IMG/VR virus record: IMGVR_UViG_3300045988_114753 | DNA length: 64,000 nucleotides | Direction: 5' to 3' (one strand) | Source: a virus | Shown here: positions 50,472 through 60,112 of the stretch, in pieces | How positions within the stretch are numbered: the first letter of the stretch is position 1 | Layout: each line of letters opens with the position of its first letter | Notes under the pieces: model-generated | The model's database searches: none | What the model saw: only the letters and a program-made list of their open reading frames with translations | Told to the model about the DNA's origin: nothing | Made by a program: the position numbers and the translations under genes

Positions 50472-51933
50472 AAAGATTTCTTTTGAAGTACAAGGATTTG
50501 ATGTTATAGACGATTATTCAGATAATCAATTTGCTATTGCTGAAATTTATGTATGTCACGATGGCAATAATCTGCATAATATGCCTATTGACTTATCCGT
50601 AATCAAAAAAGCAAAAAGGACTTTAAAAAATAAATTCTTAGTTGCTGGTTTTGATGGAGATGACTTTGAGGGTCACGAGCCTGATGAACTAATTGTGGGC
50701 GTCTTTCCAGAAAGTTCAGAGATGAAATTCGTTGAGAAGAATGGAAAGACTTATCTTGTTGCTCAAGCCATCATTTCTAAAGTTTATGCAAAATGGGCTT
50801 ATGATGTGTTTGTAGAAGATGAAGATAACGAGAGAGCTGTTTCAATGGAAATTACTGTGTTAGGTACAGAATTACAAGATGATGGATTAGAACATATTAC
50901 TAAATTCGTATTTAATGGGGTAACTTTACTTGGAGAGTCTCATATGCCCGCCTGTGAAGGCAGTAATGCGTCTATAATCAAGTTCAGTAAGGAAAACGCA
51001 TTGAAAGTTTACAGCAAGCGTTTAAAAAATTCTGAAAAGATTAAGAAGAATTTTGTTAGAGATATGGAGCTTGCAGAAATTTCAAGAAAGGAGGAGAGCG
51101 AAGAAATGGAAGATAAAGAAAAAGAAGTTGTAGAAACAGTTGAAGAAGAAGTTAAAGAAACTCCAGTGGAAGGAACTGAAGAAGTTAAAGAAACTGAAGA
51201 ATTTGCAAAAGAAGCTTCTGACGATGAAACTTATATGGAAGAAGATGAGTCTGAAAAAGAAGAAGACGATAAGGATGACGAAGAAAAGTCTGATGAGGAG
51301 TCTGACGAAAAAGAAGACGAAGAAGACGACGATAAGGACGAAAAGGAAGAAGATATGGAATGCAACAAAGACTTCGAGTCATTAACTGTTGAACAAAAAT
51401 ATGAAGTATTCCGCTCTGCTGTTGAAGAGTCTCTTGATGGATGTGGATATTTAGAGTCTTATGACGATGAATATTTATATGTTTATGATTATTGTGACGG
51501 AAATACTGTCAGATATGCTTATACTTTAGATGGTACTACTTGTACTATCGATGTAGACTCTAAAACAAGAGTAATGCGTGGTGGTTATGTAGAATTTGAA
51601 GTGTATGAAGAAGACAATAATAAATTAGAGACACTTGAAAAAGAAAACTGCGAGCTTAAGGAAAAACTTATGGCTTATGAAACAGCTGAAAAGGAAAAAT
51701 CTGTTGAAGCTATTTTATCAGAAGTAGTCGACGTAATTCCTGCTGACCGCATCGCAGAACTTCGTGAAAAATCTGCTGATTTCTCTTTAGATAATTTGTC
51801 AGTATTTGAAAACGAAGTAAAAGCAATCGCTTTTGAAGCTGTTGCAAAAGAAGTTAAAGGTAGTAAGTATAGTTTTACAAAAATGCCTATTAACAACGAA
51901 ATGGAAAAGAAGACATCTAAATATGGATGGTAA
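50464..51933 (+). CDS. scaffolding / prohead-associated protein with long acidic low-complexity linker
   Basis: Sits between portal and capsid genes. Has a central ~90 aa E/D/K tract and a coiled-coil C-terminus (KLETLEKENCELKEKLMAYE). Confidence 0.5.
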   Translation: MDKKISFEVQGFDVIDDYSDNQFAIAEIYVCHDGNNLHNMPIDLSVIKKAKRTLKNKFLVAGFDGDDFEGHEPDELIVGVFPESSEMKFVEKNGKTYLVAQAIISKVYAKWAYDVFVEDEDNERAVSMEITVLGTELQDDGLEHITKFVFNGVTLLGESHMPACEGSNASIIKFSKENALKVYSKRLKNSEKIKKNFVRDMELAEISRKEESEEMEDKEKEVVETVEEEVKETPVEGTEEVKETEEFAKEASDDETYMEEDESEKEEDDKDDEEKSDEESDEKEDEEDDDKDEKEEDMECNKDFESLTVEQKYEVFRSAVEESLDGCGYLESYDDEYLYVYDYCDGNTVRYAYTLDGTTCTIDVDSKTRVMRGGYVEFEVYEEDNNKLETLEKENCELKEKLMAYETAEKEKSVEAILSEVVDVIPADRIAELREKSADFSLDNLSVFENEVKAIAFEAVAKEVKGSKYSFTKMPINNEMEKKTSKYGW

Positions 51934-51969
51934 GAAAAAAATAATTAATTTTGAAAGGAGAAATAAAAA

Positions 51970-52506
51970 ATGGCAAAATCAATTTTAATTCCAACTCTAG
52001 TTGCTGCTAAAAATATCGATAGCTTAAATAGAAGTTTCGTTTCTACAGCAGACTTAGATAACGGAAATGTATTTGGAAAAGGAGAACTTTCAACTAATGC
52101 TGGTGAAAGTCAAGTTTATAAAACAGTTACACCTGCTACAGGAAGCTTATCTGGATTATATATGGCATTCTCTGCTGAAGATGTTGTATTAACTGATGAT
52201 TTAGGAAATCAATTCAAAGTTGGTACATTAGACCCAAGAGCTTTCACAAACAAAGCTGGTACAGTATTTAGTGGATTTAAACCACAAGTAGGAGATTTAG
52301 TTTTAATTTCTGCTGATGGTATTTCAGGAGACGCTGCTGCTTACGCTGTTGCTGCAAATGGAGCTAGTCAATTAGCATTTGCTGAAGCTGCTGGTGCTGG
52401 ATTAAGTTTCAAAGTTGTTGAAACTACTTATATTTCACTTGCTAGTGCAAATAATATTGGTTCTCAAAGAGTTCCTGCTTATTTATTAGAATGTGTAGCT
52501 AACTAA
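51970..52506 (+). CDS. possible head decoration/auxiliary capsid protein
   Basis: Ala/Gly-rich 178 aa protein immediately upstream of the capsid gene. Its translation-initiation region is nearly identical to the capsid gene's. Confidence 0.35.
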   Translation: MAKSILIPTLVAAKNIDSLNRSFVSTADLDNGNVFGKGELSTNAGESQVYKTVTPATGSLSGLYMAFSAEDVVLTDDLGNQFKVGTLDPRAFTNKAGTVFSGFKPQVGDLVLISADGISGDAAAYAVAANGASQLAFAEAAGAGLSFKVVETTYISLASANNIGSQRVPAYLLECVAN

Positions 52507-52617
52507 TTTGAGTCATCAATCAAGGCTAATAACAAGTAAATATACACAGTTCGTATATCACTATTTATAAAAGTGTAAAAAATAAATAATTTATTAATTT
52601 TGAAAGGAGAATATAAA

Positions 52618-53715
52618 ATGGCAAAATTACCAAATAGTGTCTTAGCTTTCACAGCAGATAGTGCTGATAGAAAAGAAGGATACACAAACTTTGTAGAATA
52701 CTACAATTTATATAAAGAAGGAAAAACTCAAAATGCCAATGGTGTTAGTTTTTCTGAAATGAACGAAAAAATGTTAACATTCTTCTCTGATGAAGTAGCA
52801 AGATTATCAGGAAAGAAACAATCAGACGTACCTGATTTAGCAACTTATTGCAACTTCAGTGACGTTAAAGAAGCTGCTTTTGCAGTAGTTGGTATGTTAA
52901 CTGATTTAATCATCCCAGATGCTTTAATTAAAGATTTAGGAATGATTGCTGAAATCAAAAACGGTGGATGGGGAGACAGTTTAAAAGTTGAACTTAAACC
53001 AAGAGATTTATTCGTTGTATCAAAAGGCGGAAGAAATCGTAGAACTTATGACGTAACTCGTCAATTCAAAGGTGAAAAGACTATCGTTCCTGAGTCAAGA
53101 GGAATTACAGTTGGTATTTCTTTATATGACGTATTAAAAGGAACTTATTCATTAGCAGAATTTGTTGCTAAAGCAGTATTATCTATGGAAATTCAAATGA
53201 AATATGATATTTATGATGCTTTCGCAGCAGCTATGAATGCACTTCCAAACACAACTGGTGCTAGTCAATTAAGAATTAGTGGTTTCTCTCAAGACACTGC
53301 TATCGCTTTAGCACAAAAAGTTCAAGCTTGGAATGGTGGAGCTAAACCAGTTTTCTTAGGAACTAAATTAGCTTTATCTAAAATCTTACCAGCATCAACT
53401 AATGCTCGTATCTTATTAGGAGACGAATATGTTAAAGTTGGTTATATGAGAGACTTTATGGGTATCTCAACTATTGAATTAGAACAAGTTGCAGACTTTA
53501 CTACTGAATTTGCAGTAAAATTAGATGATAAGAAAATCTATGTAATCTGCCCAGGTACTGATAAAATGGTTAAAGTATTCGTTGAAGGTTCTACATTATC
53601 TAATGTTGATGGTAACTATGCAAATGCTAACTTAACTCAAACAGCTACATTATATAAATCTTATGGTGTAGGTGCTATTAGTTCAGCATTAGCAGGTGTT
53701 ATTGAATTAGCTTAA
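52618..53715 (+). CDS. major capsid protein
   Basis: 366 aa. AAAGGAGAA RBS (the track start at 52600 is rejected). Position after the scaffold gene and a strong terminator downstream support the call. Confidence 0.6.
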   Translation: MAKLPNSVLAFTADSADRKEGYTNFVEYYNLYKEGKTQNANGVSFSEMNEKMLTFFSDEVARLSGKKQSDVPDLATYCNFSDVKEAAFAVVGMLTDLIIPDALIKDLGMIAEIKNGGWGDSLKVELKPRDLFVVSKGGRNRRTYDVTRQFKGEKTIVPESRGITVGISLYDVLKGTYSLAEFVAKAVLSMEIQMKYDIYDAFAAAMNALPNTTGASQLRISGFSQDTAIALAQKVQAWNGGAKPVFLGTKLALSKILPASTNARILLGDEYVKVGYMRDFMGISTIELEQVADFTTEFAVKLDDKKIYVICPGTDKMVKVFVEGSTLSNVDGNYANANLTQTATLYKSYGVGAISSALAGVIELA

Positions 53716-53739
53716 TTGTAACACAAAAGAATATTAGAG

Positions 53740-53770
53740 GAGAGGCTTCATAAGAGCCTCTCTTTATTTT
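53740..53770 (+). terminator. intrinsic terminator after capsid gene
   Basis: GAGAGGCT-tcataag-AGCCTCTC hairpin followed by TTTATTTT. Confidence 0.7.
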
Positions 53771-53797
53771 AATTTAGAAAAAAAGGAGAGATAAATA

Positions 53798-54421
53798 ATG
53801 GCAAATACTAAAACAAGTGCAAAAAATAATAGTGATGCAAAAAAGATTAAAGAGTTAGAAAAGACAATTTCAGATTTAAACGCTGTAGTTCAAATGTTAA
53901 TGAAGCAAGGAGTTTCAACTCCAACAGTTGAAACAGAAGGCGAAAGAGATGTAGTATTTATTTCTTTATGTAATCATATACTTAATCTTTCTACTGAACC
54001 AAATGGAGGAGGCACTATTTATACTTTCACTGAATTTGGTGAAGAGCAAGCTATTCCTTATTCTGATGCTAGAAAAATAATTAAAAACAATAAAAGTTTT
54101 ATTAAAGGTGGTAAGTGTTACATTGCTGATGATAAGATTATCAACACAGAACATTTAACTAGCGATTATAAAAAAATTCTTAGTAAAGATGATTTATTGG
54201 ATTTATTATCATCAGATAGGGTTAAATTTAGAAATATCTTTGATAAAATGACACCAACTCAACAAGAAATATTCAGAGATGTTGTTGTTGATAAATTATC
54301 TAAAGATAAAAACAGTGTAGATATGAATATTGTTCAATATATAAATGAGTCTTTAAATATCGATATTTTAAAAAGTATTGATTATAACAAGGAGTTGTTG
54401 GTTGTTAAAGACGAAAACTAG
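53798..54421 (+). CDS. hypothetical structural-module protein
   Basis: 207 aa ORF with an AAGGAGAG RBS. Confidence 0.7.
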   Translation: MANTKTSAKNNSDAKKIKELEKTISDLNAVVQMLMKQGVSTPTVETEGERDVVFISLCNHILNLSTEPNGGGTIYTFTEFGEEQAIPYSDARKIIKNNKSFIKGGKCYIADDKIINTEHLTSDYKKILSKDDLLDLLSSDRVKFRNIFDKMTPTQQEIFRDVVVDKLSKDKNSVDMNIVQYINESLNIDILKSIDYNKELLVVKDEN

Positions 54422-54435
54422 AGGAGGCTGGGAAT

Positions 54436-54891
54436 ATGACACCATATGATGACATATTGGATTTAGCGTTAGTCTCTATTGAAGATTATAGATTGAATAA
54501 ACTTTCTACAGACTCGCCAGCTGAATTTAAGTTGATTTTAGAGGGATTTATGATTAGAGGGTTATCTAATTTTGAAAACTGTATAAAAGACCTTTCTGAC
54601 AGAGATGATGAAGCACATCAATTCAATGTTGTTCTTGATGATTTAGAAAAGTCAATTATCGCTGACTGGACTGCTATTATGTGGTTAGATAAAGAGATAA
54701 ATGACACTCGTCAAATTACATCTATGCTACAGAATAGAAATGAAGCTCATAGATACTCTGAAGCTAACAACTTAAAAGCTAAAGCCGACCATCGTGTACA
54801 AATGGTTGAAGATGTTAAACATAAGCAAACAACTTATAGTTTAAAACACGCAGATTGGAAGGGGTGGGCTAGTGGCAACTATCAATTATAA
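54436..54891 (+). CDS. possible head-tail connector protein
   Basis: 151 aa. Assigned by position only. Confidence 0.4.
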   Translation: MTPYDDILDLALVSIEDYRLNKLSTDSPAEFKLILEGFMIRGLSNFENCIKDLSDRDDEAHQFNVVLDDLEKSIIADWTAIMWLDKEINDTRQITSMLQNRNEAHRYSEANNLKAKADHRVQMVEDVKHKQTTYSLKHADWKGWASGNYQL

Positions 54892-55240
54892 AGATTTTCA
54901 ATTAGATGATAACGCAACAGTGCAATCATTAAAAATCTTAATAAATCAATGTTGGAAAACTCTTCCTATATTTGAAGGAAAAAATAAAGAAAACCAAATT
55001 GTTTATTCTCGTGAGGAGGCATATGAGAATTATCAAAAACATTTGTGTTTTTTAATTACTAAAGTCTCTGGTGCAAGTAAAATTTGGCAGGATAATCAAT
55101 ATTATGTAGAACTTGTTTATATCTTAGTTGGTATGCAAGATTTTACAGAAGATGAGCACGACAGAGTAAAATATATAGTGCATCATTGTACCAAACTTAT
55201 CAACAATATGATAGAGATGGTATTAAACGATGAGTCTTAA
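54872..55240 (+). CDS. possible head-tail connector protein
   Basis: 122 aa with a GTG start. Assigned by position only. Confidence 0.4.
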   Translation: MATINYKDFQLDDNATVQSLKILINQCWKTLPIFEGKNKENQIVYSREEAYENYQKHLCFLITKVSGASKIWQDNQYYVELVYILVGMQDFTEDEHDRVKYIVHHCTKLINNMIEMVLNDES

Positions 55241-56519
55241 ATATTACGATGCGGCTCAGAAGATTAGACAACCAAATCCTAAAGCATCCTATTATGCAGA
55301 TTATAATGCAATATTAGATTTTAGTTTTGATAATGCCCCAAATGTTGTTTATGATGAAGTCGAATACGAACAAACGTATGGTGAAAATGATTTCGTCAAA
55401 ATCAATAAAGTCCGTGTTGATACTATATTAAACTATAATACTGGTATTATATTGGGTGATGATTATAAAACATTTATATTTGCTCCTGATTTTCCAGTTA
55501 CGCCTTATTATGGAATGAAATTTCGTTGGCAAGGCAGTTATTGGTTAGTAATCAACACTAATTCTTATGCAAGTATACCTAACACAGCAGAGGTCAGACG
55601 TTGTAATAATGTGTTGAGGTTCTTTGATAAAGATGGTTCAAGAATTTACGAACCTTGTATATTAGATTATACATTACGTTTCGCAAATAATGAAGAGTCT
55701 ATGGAAATTATTGTTGGTAATGGTGAACAAAAAGTTTGGTGCCAACGTAATAAGAGAACAACAACAATCAAACCAAATGACAGATTTTTATTTGGTACTC
55801 CAGAACAAAGAGTCGCATTTAGACTTTATGGTGGTGGTACTAAAAACTATATGAATGGAGTTACTATGGATGATAATTCACCTACAATAACAGAATTTTA
55901 TGTAGACCATTATGAAACAAATCCGTTATTTGATGATTTTGAAAATGGTTTTGCTGATGCTTACTTGAATGAGGTGACTATAAAAATTGAGGATGTTGTT
56001 AATTCGTTAAATGTAGACGAAAGTGCTGTTTTAAGTGCTAAGGTATACAAAGGGACAAAAGAAGTTGCTAACACCAATGTCTTATGGAAATCTTCTGACG
56101 ATACCATAATTGAGATTAGTGATAATATAGCGACTGCTAAACAAGTTGGTAGTGCAACTATAACTGCTTATATCGAAAATACAACGATACAAAGTAGTAT
56201 TGATATAAATGTTGTGGAGGAGCCTACTGAAGACGTAATAGAATTAATAGCAGAACCTAATATAGATTATGTACTACAAAATAAATCACAACAATTTGTA
56301 GTTTATTTATATAAAAACGGTATCAAGCAAACTGACGGCGTGTCTTTTGCTGATATGTCTGTGGGTATACCAGTTGGAAAATACACAATCGTAGTAGACA
56401 ATGATAATGCGTTCACACTTTTCAATAAGGGAATGTATATGAATGCACCAGTCATTGTAAGGTGTGTATGTGGAGAGACTACGTTAGATATGAAAATTAA
56501 GTTAAGGGGGTTATATTAA
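55230..56519 (+). CDS. structural protein with C-terminal bacterial Ig-like (Big_2-type) domain(s)
   Basis: Sequence VLSAKVYKGTKEVANTNVLWKSSDDTIIEISDNIATAKQVGSATITAY fits the Big_2 pattern. Confidence 0.55.
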   Translation: MSLKYYDAAQKIRQPNPKASYYADYNAILDFSFDNAPNVVYDEVEYEQTYGENDFVKINKVRVDTILNYNTGIILGDDYKTFIFAPDFPVTPYYGMKFRWQGSYWLVINTNSYASIPNTAEVRRCNNVLRFFDKDGSRIYEPCILDYTLRFANNEESMEIIVGNGEQKVWCQRNKRTTTIKPNDRFLFGTPEQRVAFRLYGGGTKNYMNGVTMDDNSPTITEFYVDHYETNPLFDDFENGFADAYLNEVTIKIEDVVNSLNVDESAVLSAKVYKGTKEVANTNVLWKSSDDTIIEISDNIATAKQVGSATITAYIENTTIQSSIDINVVEEPTEDVIELIAEPNIDYVLQNKSQQFVVYLYKNGIKQTDGVSFADMSVGIPVGKYTIVVDNDNAFTLFNKGMYMNAPVIVRCVCGETTLDMKIKLRGLY

Positions 56520-57067
56520 TGATTAGTGATGTAAAACCATATGCTATATATGAAAACCTACCTAATATTTCTTATAGAATAATTGAATATTTAATGACTA
56601 GCCCAGATGCTGAAATCATATGGAAATTATTAAAGTATGATGACGCCGATGCATATAGTCGCCCTAATTTAACTTTAGAGGAAAAATCAAAGTTAATATA
56701 TAATGGTGAAGCGGTATTGTCTAAATATAATGTATTTTTTGATTATATGATGGACGACGCTGAAGACCAAATGAAAACTTTACTACGAATTTATCCAGCA
56801 GAAGTTTACCCAACAACTAGAGTCACTGGTATATGCACAGTGAATTTAGAGGTATTTACGCATAGCAAAATAAATCATCTATCAAATTATACTACAAGGG
56901 TAGATGTCATCATACAAACACTTTTGAAGGTATTAAATGGTGCTGATGTTGGTGGTATTGGAGTTTTATTCTTTGATAATCAAGGTAGCCGTTATGACAG
57001 AATACAGACAATAGGACAAAAACCTTATAAAGGTAAATTGTTGAAAATGTCTGTTAATATGGGGTAA
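56519..57067 (+). CDS. hypothetical structural-module protein
   Basis: 182 aa with a TAATG junction. Confidence 0.7.
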   Translation: MISDVKPYAIYENLPNISYRIIEYLMTSPDAEIIWKLLKYDDADAYSRPNLTLEEKSKLIYNGEAVLSKYNVFFDYMMDDAEDQMKTLLRIYPAEVYPTTRVTGICTVNLEVFTHSKINHLSNYTTRVDVIIQTLLKVLNGADVGGIGVLFFDNQGSRYDRIQTIGQKPYKGKLLKMSVNMG

Positions 57068-57069
57068 TT

Positions 57070-57831
57070 ATGTTAGAGCATATTAAAGAATTATACTTTG
57101 ATGAGCCAATCCCATATAAAGAATTATTAATTTACCCAGTAACAATGAAAGACTATTTAGAATTTCATTGGCTAGTAAGTTGTTTATTGATTGATAAGAA
57201 TAGCATACCAGACATCAATGTTATTTCTATGTCGTATTTACGATTTTTGTATTATAACGCTGCAAATAATGATGAGCCATATGTATATATGATAAAAATG
57301 TTATTATGTATGGTCTTACATATGGATTTTAATGAAGAAATGAGTTTTTATGTTGACGAAAAAAGTGATAAAGCATTTTTCAAAGTAAGAGGCGTTGCTT
57401 ATAGTGGTTCTGATTTTGACGAAATAGTTAAGATTATATTTGAGCAAAACTGTATAACTCCTATTGATAACACAATTCAAAAGGAAGTTAGAGACGCTTT
57501 AGAAAAAGCCGAAGAATTTAAGATGCAACAAACTAAGCAAAAAATGTGTTCTTTAGAAGAGCAAATGATTTGTGTATTAATTTCAACTCCATTAAAATTA
57601 GAAGACATCTACAAACTAACTATTAGGAAGTTTGAGAAGATTTTGCAACGTGTTGATGCAAAGTTACACTATCAAATTTATCTTAATGCGTCTATGTCAG
57701 GTATGGTTAAATTTAAAGATGAAAGTGTAATTCAACACTGGATGAATGATTTAACAAAAGACGACAGATATTCTGATGTTAAAGTTGATATGGACACAAT
57801 GCGTAATAAAATTGAAAGTGTAAACAAATAA
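57070..57831 (+). CDS. hypothetical structural-module protein
   Basis: 253 aa ORF from the track. Confidence 0.7.
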   Translation: MLEHIKELYFDEPIPYKELLIYPVTMKDYLEFHWLVSCLLIDKNSIPDINVISMSYLRFLYYNAANNDEPYVYMIKMLLCMVLHMDFNEEMSFYVDEKSDKAFFKVRGVAYSGSDFDEIVKIIFEQNCITPIDNTIQKEVRDALEKAEEFKMQQTKQKMCSLEEQMICVLISTPLKLEDIYKLTIRKFEKILQRVDAKLHYQIYLNASMSGMVKFKDESVIQHWMNDLTKDDRYSDVKVDMDTMRNKIESVNK

Positions 57832-57902
57832 AATATCTATGCTATTGGATATAAAATATAATAGCTTTATATAAAATATTATTTCATAAGGAGGAATTAT
57901 AA

Positions 57903-58934
57903 ATGAAAAAGTTTTTAGTTAGTACAGCTGATGTGTACGGATATGACTCTAATGATAACTTATTATTCGTTGGTAAAACTTTATTAGATAGTTCTATTGA
58001 AACAACATTATCTAATACTGACGTAAGAGCAGGTAAAGGTAACCAATTACAATATATTTATTATCACACAGCTGAAATGAATATCACTATTAACGAAGCA
58101 CAATTCTCATTAGCATTCTTAGCTTTAAATACTGGTTCATCTATTGAAACAGGAGCTAATGTTTGGACTGAAGAAAGTGTTACAGTTACTAATGGTGTAG
58201 GTAGTGTTACAAAGGGTACTCCTTTAGCTCTTCAAACTCAAACTGTTTATGGTTGGGTAACTAAAGAAGATGAAACAGTAGAAAGAGTTACATTTAGTGG
58301 TGCACAATTCACTTTAGCAGATACTAATTACGATGGTACTGTTTGTGTAAGATATTATACAAATGACTCTGCTGCAAGAAAAGTAACCGTTTATGCTGAT
58401 ATGTTACCTTCTGTAATTAGATTAGTAATGGTTGGTACTTTAGCAAGTTCTGACTCTACAACTAACCAAATCGGAACAGTACAAATCGAAGTTCCAAGAG
58501 CTTCTATGACAGGGGCATTTACATTAAGTATGACACCAGACTCAGTTGCTCAAACTCCATTATCAGTAAGAGCATTATCTTCAACAGTTAATGCTGGTGG
58601 TTGTGATGGTAATAGACCAATTTATGCAACTATCACTGAAAAAATAAATGGTGCTAAATGGTATGACAACGTAATTGCTTTAGCTATTGAAGGTGGAGAC
58701 TTCACTATGACAAATGGAACATCAAAACAACTTCAAGTTTACGCTATTAAAAATGATGGCTCTGCTGCATTCTTAGCTCCTGTAAATGGAATTACATTTG
58801 CTAGTGATAAACCTGCTACAGCTACTGTAGAAGGTGGTTTAGTAGTTGCTAAGGCCGCTGGTACAACAACAATTAAGGCTACAATTACAGATATGCCTGA
58901 CATTGATGCTAACGTTATTGTAACAGTTGAATAA
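57903..58934 (+). CDS. major tail protein with C-terminal Big_2-type Ig domain
   Basis: 343 aa, Thr/Ser/Ala/Val-rich. C-terminus ITFASDKPATATVEGGLVVAKAAGTTTIKATI. Strong RBS, and a large hairpin follows. Confidence 0.55.
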   Translation: MKKFLVSTADVYGYDSNDNLLFVGKTLLDSSIETTLSNTDVRAGKGNQLQYIYYHTAEMNITINEAQFSLAFLALNTGSSIETGANVWTEESVTVTNGVGSVTKGTPLALQTQTVYGWVTKEDETVERVTFSGAQFTLADTNYDGTVCVRYYTNDSAARKVTVYADMLPSVIRLVMVGTLASSDSTTNQIGTVQIEVPRASMTGAFTLSMTPDSVAQTPLSVRALSSTVNAGGCDGNRPIYATITEKINGAKWYDNVIALAIEGGDFTMTNGTSKQLQVYAIKNDGSAAFLAPVNGITFASDKPATATVEGGLVVAKAAGTTTIKATITDMPDIDANVIVTVE

Positions 58935-58970
58935 TCATTATGTATTGCAAGTATTGTCAATGTATCACAA

Positions 58971-59006
58971 AGAGTGTATTTGAGCAGTATTTAAACTGCT
59001 CACTCT
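58971..59006 (+). terminator. large hairpin (terminator/attenuator) after major tail gene
   Basis: AGAGT-(bulge)-GAGCAGT-atttaa-ACTGCTC-ACTCT. The downstream T run is weak. Confidence 0.4.
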
Positions 59007-59111
59007 CTCGTGATTATTGTTTAAAACAGAAGTTCTGTCATAAAGAAAACAAACCTGTGCATACAGATGATTGGCAAAAATGCCCTAGATTAGTAAAAGA
59101 GGAGGATAAGA

Positions 59112-59375
59112 ATGAGAATTTTCAAAAACAAACAAAATAAAGAAGAAGTAACTATTGAAAGTAATAAAGACTTAGAAACTCCTGTAGTGGCTAAGGAAGA
59201 AATCAAAGAAGAAAAGAAAACTACTAGAACAACAACTAGAAAGAAAAATACTGTAAAAACAGTATGTAGGGTTTTGGTTGCTACACCTTCATATTTTGTT
59301 ATAGATAAAAACGGTGAACAAATCACTGTCAACAAGAAAAATAATTATCATAGAAATGAAGAAATTTTATATTAA
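59112..59375 (+). CDS. hypothetical basic protein
   Basis: 87 aa. Strong GAGGAGG RBS. Lys/Thr/Arg-rich centre. Confidence 0.7.
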   Translation: MRIFKNKQNKEEVTIESNKDLETPVVAKEEIKEEKKTTRTTTRKKNTVKTVCRVLVATPSYFVIDKNGEQITVNKKNNYHRNEEILY

Positions 59376-59382
59376 TTTCTTC
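59358..59382 (+). terminator. AT-rich hairpin overlapping stop codon (weak terminator candidate)
   Basis: GAAGAAATT-N7-AATTTCTTC followed by TCTTTATAT. Confidence 0.3.
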
Positions 59383-59389
59383 TCTTTAT

Positions 59390-59440
59390 ATAGAGTATTC
59401 ATTGGGAATTTATTGGGTTCGACTCCCAAACTCTATGCCA
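59390..59440 (+). ncRNA. tRNA-like minihelix (acceptor stem + T-arm + GCCA), not a full tRNA
   Basis: ATAGAGT (59390-96) pairs with ACTCTAT (59430-36). T-arm TTGGG-TTCGACT-CCCAA (59413-29) has a canonical T-loop. Discriminator G plus CCA at 59437-40. Only 16 nt (small ATTC-attgg-GAAT hairpin) replace the D and anticodon arms. Confidence 0.45.
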
Positions 59441-59464
59441 AATATTGTTGATAGGAGGGGTCAA

Positions 59465-60094
59465 ATGGATTGGAATGCGATACTTGATGAAATTAAGACT
59501 ATCGGTACTGCACTTGGCACCGTAATATTTACTGGTTATATCACATATAAGACTTTTAGTTCAAAATTAGAAAAATGGAGACAAGAAGATAAGGTTAATG
59601 TTCCTAAAAATATAGAGAAACAATCTAAACTTGATTGTGAAATTATGACAGAGGCAGATAAATTGAAAGAATTGTTAAATGCTGATAGAGTACAAATATA
59701 TGAATTTCATAATGGGATACATTATGCAAATGGGCGTAGTGCTCTTAGGACATCTTGTACTTATGAGGCTTGTCGTTTTGGCGTAGAGGGGTGTATAGAC
59801 AGATTAAATGGGATACCTCTTAGTGTTATACCAACATTTATTAAAACCTTGTTAGATAAAGGGGAACTATTAGTAAAAGATTTAGAAGATATAAAAGAAA
59901 CAATGCCTTCTACATATAACTTAAAAAAATCAATGAGCATTCAATCGTTCTATGATTTTGCTATCCATAATACAAATGGAGAACCTGTGGGCTTTGTTGC
60001 AGTGCAATTTTGCGGTGGAGATATTAAAAATTTAAACAAGGATGCAGTAAAAAGATTTGCTTGGTTTGTGGAGAGTAAATTGTTAGAAATGTAA
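59465..60094 (+). CDS. membrane-anchored protein with possible GAF-like domain
   Basis: The ATG at 59465, 5 nt after AGGAGGGG, is preferred over the track start at 59402. TM helix IGTALGTVIFTGYITY. ADRVQIYEFHNG resembles the start of a GAF domain (weak). Confidence 0.6.
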   Translation: MDWNAILDEIKTIGTALGTVIFTGYITYKTFSSKLEKWRQEDKVNVPKNIEKQSKLDCEIMTEADKLKELLNADRVQIYEFHNGIHYANGRSALRTSCTYEACRFGVEGCIDRLNGIPLSVIPTFIKTLLDKGELLVKDLEDIKETMPSTYNLKKSMSIQSFYDFAIHNTNGEPVGFVAVQFCGGDIKNLNKDAVKRFAWFVESKLLEM

Positions 60095-60112
60095 TTTTCA
60101 AGGAGGCTATCT

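Noticed and set aside
51140-51385. ORFs 51140-51385 (+) and 51185-51382 (-) in the acidic linker of the scaffold gene
   Set aside because: They are alternative-frame readings of a GAA/GAT/AAA low-complexity repeat (poly-K or poly-L/R translations), so they are artefacts.
52503-52685. 60 aa - strand ORF across the capsid gene start; also 53966-54154, 58739-58960, 59090-59335 (-) and 63258-63443 (+)
   Set aside because: They are antisense or alternative frames of well-supported structural genes (capsid, major tail, tape measure).
58940-59140. 66 aa Cys-rich + strand ORF after the major tail gene
   Set aside because: No Shine-Dalgarno sequence precedes the ATG. The ORF spans a large terminator-like hairpin (58971-59006) and overlaps the well-signalled gene 59112-59375. 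It is kept only as a remote possibility.
59390-59440. Complete tRNA gene
   Set aside because: Only the acceptor stem, T-arm and CCA are present. No D-arm or 5 bp/7 nt anticodon arm can be drawn from the 16 intervening nt. It is reported as a tRNA-like minihelix instead.
59402-59464. N-terminal extension of ORF 59402-60094 (MGIYWVRLPNS...)
   Set aside because: It has no RBS, and the extension is the translation of the tRNA-like element. A strong AGGAGGGG RBS precedes the ATG at 59465.
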